NCBI GenBank assembly: GCA_041752695.1
Contig: JBGSVZ010000007.1
Span: 1-36,303, forward strand
Reading direction: 5' to 3'
DNA from: Terrimicrobiaceae bacterium
GTDB taxonomy: Bacteria > Verrucomicrobiota > Verrucomicrobiia > Chthoniobacterales > Terrimicrobiaceae
Length of the DNA: 36,303 nucleotides
Numbering within the stretch: position 1 is the stretch's first letter; each line of letters opens with the position of its first letter. The position numbers and the translations under genes are program-made. The notes beneath the pieces were generated by a model that worked only from the letters and a program-made list of their open reading frames with translations, was not told the origin of the DNA and ran no database searches. Shown one piece after another: positions 1-7,028 of this stretch.

Positions 1-150
1 CAGCAGGATGACACCATCGTGTCGGACGTGAAACAGGATCGGGTGAATGGCCAGCAGGGCCGCAACACCCTGATCCGTGAAGCGATCACCGCGGTGACCA
101 AGCAGCAAGCCAAACGCATCCGGTTCGTGATCAACGACTTCGGCGTTTAA
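1..150 (+). CDS. RTX-repeat surface protein paralog 0, C-terminal fragment (5' truncated by window)
   Basis: Frame 1 reads QQDDTIVSDVKQDRVNGQQGRNTLIREAITAVTKQQAKRIRFVINDFGV-stop(TAA 148-150). This is nearly identical to the C-termini of the three downstream paralogs. It is not in the ORF track. Confidence 0.93.
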   Translation, partial: QQDDTIVSDVKQDRVNGQQGRNTLIREAITAVTKQQAKRIRFVINDFGV

Positions 151-192
151 GCCCGAGTTTTGGGCCTGCGGGCTCCTTAGGTTCCAAAATGC

Positions 193-226
193 GAAGCCCG
201 GCGGTCACCCCGCCGGGCTTCTGCTT
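193..226 (+). terminator. GC-rich hairpin after paralog 0 (intrinsic terminator / 3' stabiliser)
   Basis: GAAGCCCGGCGG (193-204), loop TCACC, CCGCCGGGCTTC (210-221), then TGCTT. Perfect 12-bp stem with a weak U-tract. Confidence 0.8.
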
Positions 227-236
227 GGGGATTTGA

Positions 237-310
237 TTAACGACCTAAAGAATCACACCTGATTTTCATCCTTTCGGCTGATTGCCTGCCGCTCCCATTT
301 CTGATAAAGC
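237..310 (+). promoter_or_regulatory. Conserved promoter/operator of RTX paralog 1
   Basis: TTAACGACCTAAAG box (237), imperfect inverted repeat TCATCC-TTTC-GGCTGA (266-281), TTGCCT -35 (282-287), 17-bp spacer ending TGA, and TAAAGC -10-like (305-310). The same architecture occurs before paralogs 2 and 3. Confidence 0.65.
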
Positions 311-331
311 AAGTTCTCGATTATTCAATAA

Positions 332-2329
332 ATGAAAACCCACACCACGCTCGGCGAAAGCCTCGAAAATGAGATCCTCAACGGTCTCAGTGAAATTGAA
401 TCCCTGGAACAACGCCGGACACCGGCGTTTGTCAGTTCCGTGTATGACCCGGTTGCGCTGACCTTGACGGTCAACTTCAACGGCGCGGACGACGATATCT
501 CGCTCTATCAGGGTGGTGGCGGGGTCTACCTCTCCTGGACCGGCGGCGGGGGAATCTCTCCGTCCGACCTCGAAGCCATCGCCCCCGGCATCCAGGGGAT
601 CATCATCAACTCGGGTGGCGGCGAAGACACGATCACCTTCGAGAACATCGACTTCGGCGGCGACTTGAACTACGGGGACGACACGATCGTCATTAACGGT
701 GAGGGCAACGACGACGCCATCTACTTTTCCTCCAACGCAGGCGACGGTTACAACACCGTTTCCATCGATGCCGGTGCGGGCGATGACTATGTCTTTCTTT
801 ACGACATGTACACTGCCACCACGATCTCCGGCGGCATCGGTGATGACACAATCGTGTCTGGATACGGGTCCGATTCCGTAGTCGGCGGCGAGGGTGATGA
901 TTCCATCTATTCGGGCAACGGCAACGATACCATCCTCGGTAACAGCGGCGATGACGTCATCTTTGTCGAGGCGGACGCGGTTGGCAATACCTTCATCGAC
1001 GGCGGCGTGGGCGATGATTACATCTACTCGGACACCTACGGCGACACGATTTACGGCGGTGAAGGCAATGATACCATCTTGGCCAGCGACTTCGCCGACT
1101 ATGTCAATAGTGGCGATGGCGACGACTCCGTGAATGGCTACGCTGGCAACGACACGATCCAGGGCGGCGCTGGCAATGACTCGATCTTTGCGGATAATTC
1201 TGACATGGACGCTGCTGCCGACTCTGTTGACGGCGGATCTGGCAACGACACCATCTCCGGACTATCGGGTAACGACACGATTCTTGGTGGCGACGGAGCC
1301 GATGTGATCAACGGCGGCAATGGCAGTGACTTCATTGATGACCAAAGTGGAAACGATTACGTCAACGGCGGTAACGATGCGGACTTCATCCCCTCCTCCG
1401 GCACCGGAAACGACACGATCTACGGCGGCGCAGGCAATGACAGCATCTCAGGCGGAGACGGAAACGATTCCATCGACGGTGGACTAGATAACGACTCGAT
1501 CTACGGTAACGACGGCAATGACATCCTCTTGGGCTCCAACGGCGCCGACACCCTTAGCGGTAATTCCGGCGACGACAGCCTGATCGGCGGCAATGGCGCG
1601 GACTTCCTCTACGGCGGCTACGGTGATGACACCCTCCTGGTGTTCCCGGCCGACGCGACCAATGACACTTTGAACGGCGGTTACGACTTCGATGTGACGT
1701 CGTGGGCCGGAGCAACCGTGGGAGTGAACGTGGGCATCAATGGCTACTTCAGCAACACCTCTGGTGGTTTTGACACCCTGAGCAATATGGAAGGTGTGAT
1801 CGGCACGGCTTACAATGACACCATCCTTGGTGACACCGGAGCCAACTATATCCTCGGCGGAGCCGGAGCAGACTCCATCTACGGAGATTCCGGAGCGGAT
1901 ACCCTGCTCGGCGCAGCTGGCACGGACTTCATCAGTGGCGGCGCTGGGGCCGACAGCATCGACGGAGGTTCCTACAACGACACCATCCTTGGTGGCACCG
2001 ACAACGATCTGATCGATGGCTACTCGGGCGATGACTCGATCCTCGGCGGAGCGGGTCTGGACGAAGTCGACGGTGGCGATGGAAATGACACCATCCTCGG
2101 TGGAGCGGACAACGACACGCTCTTCGGCAACAACGGCACGGACATCGTGAATGGGGAAGCCGGAGCCGACAGCATGTTGGGCGGTCAGCAGGATGACACC
2201 ATCGTGTCGGACGTGAAACAGGATCGTGTGAATGGCCAGCAAGGCCGCAACACCCTGATCCGCGAAGCGATCAATGCGGTGACCAAGCAGCAGGCCAAGC
2301 GCATCCGGTTCGTGATCAACGACTTCTAA
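332..2329 (+). CDS. RTX/hemolysin-type Ca-binding repeat protein paralog 1 (665 aa) with LEPR-XLL-like N-terminal leader
   Basis: Dozens of GGxGxDx(I/L) nonapeptides, very rich in Asp/Gly/Asn. N-terminus MKTHTTLGESLENEILNGLSEIESLEQRRTPA. Contains the typical DTLSNMEGVIGTAYNDTI spacer module and a basic C-terminal tail. No Sec signal. Confidence 0.93.
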   Translation: MKTHTTLGESLENEILNGLSEIESLEQRRTPAFVSSVYDPVALTLTVNFNGADDDISLYQGGGGVYLSWTGGGGISPSDLEAIAPGIQGIIINSGGGEDTITFENIDFGGDLNYGDDTIVINGEGNDDAIYFSSNAGDGYNTVSIDAGAGDDYVFLYDMYTATTISGGIGDDTIVSGYGSDSVVGGEGDDSIYSGNGNDTILGNSGDDVIFVEADAVGNTFIDGGVGDDYIYSDTYGDTIYGGEGNDTILASDFADYVNSGDGDDSVNGYAGNDTIQGGAGNDSIFADNSDMDAAADSVDGGSGNDTISGLSGNDTILGGDGADVINGGNGSDFIDDQSGNDYVNGGNDADFIPSSGTGNDTIYGGAGNDSISGGDGNDSIDGGLDNDSIYGNDGNDILLGSNGADTLSGNSGDDSLIGGNGADFLYGGYGDDTLLVFPADATNDTLNGGYDFDVTSWAGATVGVNVGINGYFSNTSGGFDTLSNMEGVIGTAYNDTILGDTGANYILGGAGADSIYGDSGADTLLGAAGTDFISGGAGADSIDGGSYNDTILGGTDNDLIDGYSGDDSILGGAGLDEVDGGDGNDTILGGADNDTLFGNNGTDIVNGEAGADSMLGGQQDDTIVSDVKQDRVNGQQGRNTLIREAINAVTKQQAKRIRFVINDF

Positions 2330-2369
2330 ACCGAAGTCCGAGGGAAACCTCAACAACCTTCAACAACGC

Positions 2370-2403
2370 GAAGCCCGGCAGAGAACCTGCCGGGCTTCTG
2401 CTT
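2370..2403 (+). terminator. Hairpin after paralog 1
   Basis: GAAGCCCGGCAG (2370-2381), loop AGAAC, CTGCCGGGCTTC (2387-2398), then TGCTT. Has a compensatory A-T pair relative to the copies at 193 and 4628. Confidence 0.8.
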
Positions 2404-2447
2404 GGGGGTCAGACGGACTTCGAGCGAATTTTCTTCGATAAAAATTA

Positions 2448-2521
2448 TTAACCTCCTTAACATTCACCCCTGATTTTCATCCTTTCGGCTAATTGCCCGT
2501 CGCTTTTGATTTTGTTAAAAC
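2448..2521 (+). promoter_or_regulatory. Conserved promoter/operator of RTX paralog 2
   Basis: TTAACCTCCTTAA (2448), TCATCC-TTTC-GGCTAA (2477-2492), TTGCCC (2493-2498), 17-bp spacer ending TGT, TAAAAC (2516-2521). Confidence 0.65.
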
Positions 2522-2543
2522 GCGTGTTCTAATTGAGCAAAAA

Positions 2544-4586
2544 ATGAACCACACCACCCTCGGCGAAAGCCTCGAAAATGAGATCCTCAACGGTCTCAGC
2601 GAAATCGAATCCCTGGAACAACGCCGGACACCGGCGTTTGTCAGTTCCGTGTATGACCCGGTTGCCCTGACTTTGACGGTCAACTTCAACGGCGCGGACG
2701 ACAACATCTCGCTCTATCAGGGTGGTGGCGGTGTTTACCTCTCCTGGACCGGTGGCGGGGGAATTTCTCCGTCCGACCTCGAAACGATCGCTCCCGGCAT
2801 TCAGGGGATCATCATTAATTCGGGCGGCGGCGATGACACGATTACTTTCGAAAACATCGACTTCGCCGGCGATCTGAACTACGCGGCGGACACGATTGTC
2901 ATTAATGCTGGCAATGGTGACGATGAGGTGAATTTTTCGGACGCCAACGGCAACGGGGAAAACACGGTTGCCGTTTATGGAGCCGCAGGCAACGATGACA
3001 TTGATCTCTTTTACTCCGATGCCGCTGTCACGATCAACGGGGGGGACGGCTCGGACACCATTGTCTCGGGATATGGTTCAGACTCCGTCGTGGGCGGGGA
3101 AGGGAACGATTCCATCTTCTCGTACGAGGGTAGCGACACGATCAGCGCTGGTGACGGCTACGACACGGTGCGGGTTTATGGCACGGGCAATGCCTCGATT
3201 GATGGAGGTGCAGCAGGCGATTACATTTATTCCAACACCAATGGAGACACGATCTACGGCGGTGAAGGAAACGACACCATCCTTGCGAGCGACTACGCCG
3301 ATTATGTCAACGCTGGAGCCGATAATGACTTCGTCAACGGCTACGACGGCAACGACACGATTCTGGGCGGCACGGGCAACGACACGATCCTCGCGGATGA
3401 CACGGATTTGGACGAAGGCGCTGACTCCGTTGACGGCGGCGACGGCAACGACACCATCTTCGGCTTCTCCGGTTACGACACGATTTACGGTGGGGCCGGC
3501 AACGATTCCATTGACGGCGGCTTTGCCGGCGATTCTCTGAATGGTGGCACCGGAGCGGATTCCATTTACGGCGGTGAAGGAGCCGATGCCATCTTGGGAG
3601 GCTCGGGCAGCGACACCATCTCCGGTGGAACGGAAAATGACTCAGTGGACCCCGGATCGGACACAGATTTGGTGTATCTTGGAGACGGCGACGACTCCCT
3701 GAATGCCTTCGGCGGTGGCAATGACACCCTCTTCGGTGGCAACGGCAACGACACGATCTTTGCCTCCTACGGGAATGACTCCATTCTCGGTGAGGATGGA
3801 AATGATTCGCTGAATGGTTCGCTTGGTGCTGACGTCCTCGTTGGCGGAAATGGTGCAGACTTCGTCTACGGCGCAGGCGGTGACGACACGCTCTTCGTGT
3901 TCCCAACTGACGCGACCAACGATACTCTTAACGGTGGCGGAGACTTCGACGTGACATCGTGGGCCGGAGCAACCGTCGGAGTGAACGTGGGTATCAATGG
4001 CTACTTCAGCAACACGTCTGGTGGCTTTGACTCCCTGATCAACATGGAAGGCGTGATCGGCACGGCTTATAATGACACCATCACGGGTGACAGTGTCGGC
4101 AACTACATCCTCGGCGGAGCCGGGGCCGACTCCATCTACGGTGGAGCCGGAGCGGATACGCTCTTCGGCGCCGCGGGAACGGACTTCATCAGTGGCGGAA
4201 CTGAAGCCGACAGCATTGATGGTGGTTCCTACAACGACACGATCCTGGGCGGCGACGGCAACGATCTGATCGATGGCTACTCGGGCGACGACTCGATCCT
4301 CGGCGGAGCTGGTCTGGACGAGGTTGACGGCGGGGATGGAAACGACACCATCCTTGGTGGAGCGGACAACGACACGCTCTTCGGCAACAACGGCACGGAC
4401 ATCGTGAACGGTGAAGCCGGCGCGGACAGCATGCTCGGTGGCCAGCAGGATGATACCATCGTTTCTGACGTGAAACAGGATCGGGTGAACGGCCAGCAGG
4501 GCCGCAACACGCTAATCCGTGAAGCAATCACCGCGGTGACCAAGCAGCAGGCCAAACGCATCCGGTTCGTAATCAACGACTTCTAA
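2544..4586 (+). CDS. RTX-repeat protein paralog 2 (680 aa) with LEPR-XLL-like leader
   Basis: Start moved from the ORF-track TTG at 2493, which lies in the -35 box, to ATG 2544 by alignment with paralog 1 (MNHTTLGESLENEILNGLSEIESLEQRRTPA). RTX repeats throughout and the same C-terminal tail. Confidence 0.93.
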   Translation: MNHTTLGESLENEILNGLSEIESLEQRRTPAFVSSVYDPVALTLTVNFNGADDNISLYQGGGGVYLSWTGGGGISPSDLETIAPGIQGIIINSGGGDDTITFENIDFAGDLNYAADTIVINAGNGDDEVNFSDANGNGENTVAVYGAAGNDDIDLFYSDAAVTINGGDGSDTIVSGYGSDSVVGGEGNDSIFSYEGSDTISAGDGYDTVRVYGTGNASIDGGAAGDYIYSNTNGDTIYGGEGNDTILASDYADYVNAGADNDFVNGYDGNDTILGGTGNDTILADDTDLDEGADSVDGGDGNDTIFGFSGYDTIYGGAGNDSIDGGFAGDSLNGGTGADSIYGGEGADAILGGSGSDTISGGTENDSVDPGSDTDLVYLGDGDDSLNAFGGGNDTLFGGNGNDTIFASYGNDSILGEDGNDSLNGSLGADVLVGGNGADFVYGAGGDDTLFVFPTDATNDTLNGGGDFDVTSWAGATVGVNVGINGYFSNTSGGFDSLINMEGVIGTAYNDTITGDSVGNYILGGAGADSIYGGAGADTLFGAAGTDFISGGTEADSIDGGSYNDTILGGDGNDLIDGYSGDDSILGGAGLDEVDGGDGNDTILGGADNDTLFGNNGTDIVNGEAGADSMLGGQQDDTIVSDVKQDRVNGQQGRNTLIREAITAVTKQQAKRIRFVINDF

Positions 4587-4627
4587 ACTGAAGTCTGAGG
4601 CTCAGCCTCACCAACCATTAACAACGC

Positions 4628-4661
4628 GAAGCCCGGCGGACACCCCGCCGGGCTTCTGCTT
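4628..4661 (+). terminator. Hairpin after paralog 2
   Basis: GAAGCCCGGCGG (4628-4639), loop ACACC, CCGCCGGGCTTC (4645-4656), then TGCTT. Confidence 0.8.
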
Positions 4662-4676
4662 GGGGGGTGGGAGAAA

Positions 4677-4754
4677 GGAGCGAGGGCTTCCCGCCCGCAT
4701 CGATGGCGTTGCCTCCGTCAGTCGGGCGGAAGAAAGGCAGGATGCCCGCGGTCC
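4677..4754. repeat. REP-like inverted repeat pair present only in the paralog 2-3 spacer
   Basis: GGAGCGAGGGCTTCCCGCC (4677-4695) against GGCAGGATGCCCGCGGTCC (4736-4754; reverse complement GGACCGCGGGCATCCTGCC) matches at 15/19. The other two inter-paralog spacers are shorter and lack it. Confidence 0.5.
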
Positions 4755-4797
4755 TTCGCTTCACCGGTGGCCAACCGCAACCGGATTGTGGACATCC

Positions 4798-4869
4798 TTA
4801 ACCACCTAAAAGTCCCCCCGATTTTTATCCTGCCGGCTGATTGCCTTCGCCCCAGATTCCTGCTACTAG
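4798..4869 (+). promoter_or_regulatory. Conserved promoter/operator of RTX paralog 3
   Basis: TTAACCACCTAAAA (4798), TTATCC-TGCC-GGCTGA (4825-4840), TTGCCT (4841-4846), 17-bp spacer ending TGC, TACTAG (4864-4869). Confidence 0.6.
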
Positions 4870-4889
4870 ACGACCGTCTTGTTTTAAAG

Positions 4890-6935
4890 ATGAAAAACCA
4901 CACCGCCTCCGGCGATAGCCTCGAAAACGAGATCCTCAGCGGTCTCAGCGAAATTGAATCCCTCGAACAACGCCGGACCCCGGCCTTTGTTAGTTCGGTT
5001 TACGACCCCGTCGCCCTGACGTTGACGGTCAATTTCAACGGCGGAGATGACAATATTTCGCTCTACGAGGCCGCGGGTGGCGTTTACCTGACTTGGAACA
5101 GTGGCGGCGGAATCTCCCCGGCTGACTTGGAAGCGATTGCTCCGGGTATTCAGGGGATCATTATTAACTCCGGTGGCGGTGACGATACGATCAACTTTGA
5201 CAATATCGACTTTGGCGGTGACACGGATTACGCGGCCGACACGATCATCCTTAACATGGGGGCTGGCGACGACTCCGTCTATCTGTCGAATGACAGTGGT
5301 CCCGGCTACAACACGGTGGTCGCGTCTGGTGGTGACGGCGACGATGTCATCAATCTTTACAACTCCAATGCCGCGGCGACGATTTTCGGCGACGACGGTG
5401 AGGATTCCCTGACCTCCGGATCCGGTTCGGACTCCGTGGTCGGCGGGGATGATAATGACTATATCTATTCCTACGCCGGCAGCGACACCGTCATCGGCGG
5501 CGAAGGCAACGATACGATTTATGTTCACGGTGCCGGAAACAATTCTGTCGATGGCGGCGAGGGAGACGATTCGCTCTATTCCAATTCCAGCGGAGATACG
5601 ATTTTTGGCGGCGCCGGCAACGACATCTTTAAGACCAGCTTAAACAACGACTACCTCAACGGCGGGGACGGCGACGATTATATCAACGCCTACTCGGGCA
5701 ACGACACGATCCAGGGTGGCGCGGGCAACGACTCCATCCTGGCTGATGACAGTGACACGGATTTGGACGACGACTCCGTGGATGGTGGCGCGGGCAATGA
5801 CACCATCTATGGCTTCGCGGGCAACGACGTTCTGAGTGGCGGCGACAACAATGACAGTATCTTTGGCGGCTTGGGCAACGACTCGCTTTCCAGTGGCCTC
5901 GGCAATGACTACGTGAGCGGGTTCGATGGAGCGGATTCGATCAACGGAGACGGCGGGAATGATACGATTGTCGCGGGTATCGGTAACGACACGGTGGCTG
6001 GCGGTGATGGAACCGATCTGGCCTCCCTTGGAGACGGCGACGACTTTTTCAGCGGCAGCGGCGATGGCAATGACACCATCTACGGCGGCGCGGGCAACGA
6101 CATGGTCTTCGGCGATGAGGGTGAAAACCTGATCCTGGGTGAAGCCGGGAATGACCAGCTCTTCGGGGGATATGGTGATGATGTGCTGGCCGGCGGGGCC
6201 GGGGCGGATCAAGTCTCCGGCTACTACGGCAACGACACCATCCTGATCTTCCCGAACGATGCGAGCAATGACACGCTCAACGGCGGCGCGGACTTTGATG
6301 TGGCTTCGTGGGCCGGAGCAGCCACTGGAGTGAATGTTGGTATCAATGGCTACTTCAGCAACACGGCGGGCGGCTTTGACTCTCTCTTCGCCTTTGAGGG
6401 TGTGATCGGCACGGCTTACAACGACACTCTCACGGGTGACAGCGTGGCCAACTACATCCTCGGCGGAGCCGGGGCCGACTCGATCTACGGCGGAGGAGGG
6501 GCTGACACGCTCTTCGGTGCAGCCGGAACAGACTTCATCAGCGGCGGCGACGATGCGGACAGCATCGACGGCGGTTCCTACAACGACACGATCCTGGGCG
6601 GCAACGGCAGCGATCTGATCGAAGGCTACTCGGGCGACGACTCGATCCTCGGTGGAGCTGGTCTGGACGAGATCGACGGCGGCGATGGAAACGACACCCT
6701 CCTCGGTGGAGCGGACAACGACACGCTCTTCGGCAACAACGGCACGGACATCGTGAACGGTGAAGCCGGAGCCGACAGCATGCTGGGTGGCCAGCAGGAT
6801 GACACCATCGTGTCGGACGTGAAACAGGATCGGGTGAACGGCCAGCAGGGCCGCAACACGCTGATCCGTGAAGCGATCACCGCGGTGACCAAGCAGCAGG
6901 CCAAACGCATCAAGTTCGTGATCAACGACTTCTAA
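4890..6935 (+). CDS. RTX-repeat protein paralog 3 (681 aa) with LEPR-XLL-like leader
   Basis: Start set at ATG 4890 by paralog alignment (MKNHTASGDSLENEILSGLSEIESLEQRRTPA). RTX repeats, ending KRIKFVINDF. Confidence 0.93.
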   Translation: MKNHTASGDSLENEILSGLSEIESLEQRRTPAFVSSVYDPVALTLTVNFNGGDDNISLYEAAGGVYLTWNSGGGISPADLEAIAPGIQGIIINSGGGDDTINFDNIDFGGDTDYAADTIILNMGAGDDSVYLSNDSGPGYNTVVASGGDGDDVINLYNSNAAATIFGDDGEDSLTSGSGSDSVVGGDDNDYIYSYAGSDTVIGGEGNDTIYVHGAGNNSVDGGEGDDSLYSNSSGDTIFGGAGNDIFKTSLNNDYLNGGDGDDYINAYSGNDTIQGGAGNDSILADDSDTDLDDDSVDGGAGNDTIYGFAGNDVLSGGDNNDSIFGGLGNDSLSSGLGNDYVSGFDGADSINGDGGNDTIVAGIGNDTVAGGDGTDLASLGDGDDFFSGSGDGNDTIYGGAGNDMVFGDEGENLILGEAGNDQLFGGYGDDVLAGGAGADQVSGYYGNDTILIFPNDASNDTLNGGADFDVASWAGAATGVNVGINGYFSNTAGGFDSLFAFEGVIGTAYNDTLTGDSVANYILGGAGADSIYGGGGADTLFGAAGTDFISGGDDADSIDGGSYNDTILGGNGSDLIEGYSGDDSILGGAGLDEIDGGDGNDTLLGGADNDTLFGNNGTDIVNGEAGADSMLGGQQDDTIVSDVKQDRVNGQQGRNTLIREAITAVTKQQAKRIKFVINDF

Positions 6936-6975
6936 ACCGAAGTCCGAGGGAAACCTCACCAAACCTTAACAACGC

Positions 6976-7009
6976 GAAGCCCGGCAGTGAACCTGCCGGG
7001 CTTCTGCTT
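6976..7009 (+). terminator. Hairpin after paralog 3
   Basis: GAAGCCCGGCAG (6976-6987), loop TGAAC, CTGCCGGGCTTC (6993-7004), then TGCTT. Confidence 0.8.
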
Positions 7010-7028
7010 GGCGGATCTTTCCTCCAAC

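Noticed and set aside
2493..4889. N-terminal extensions of paralogs 2 and 3 in the ORF track (2493, 4767)
   Set aside because: They run through the conserved promoter boxes. Alignment with paralog 1 gives ATG 2544 and 4890.
332..6935. Pore-forming RTX toxin (HlyA-like) interpretation
   Set aside because: There is no hydrophobic pore domain, no catalytic domain and no HlyC-type acyltransferase. The proteins are almost entirely repeats.
1484..6962. Long minus-strand ORFs (1484-2356, 4884-5528, 5640-6962)
   Set aside because: They are antisense shadows of the RTX genes arising from codon bias, with no recognisable motifs.
150..7010. CRISPR array or DGR suggested by recurring repeats
   Set aside because: The repeats are paralogous coding sequence, promoters and terminators spaced 2.2-2.35 kb apart. 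There is no repeat-spacer structure and no cas or reverse transcriptase gene.
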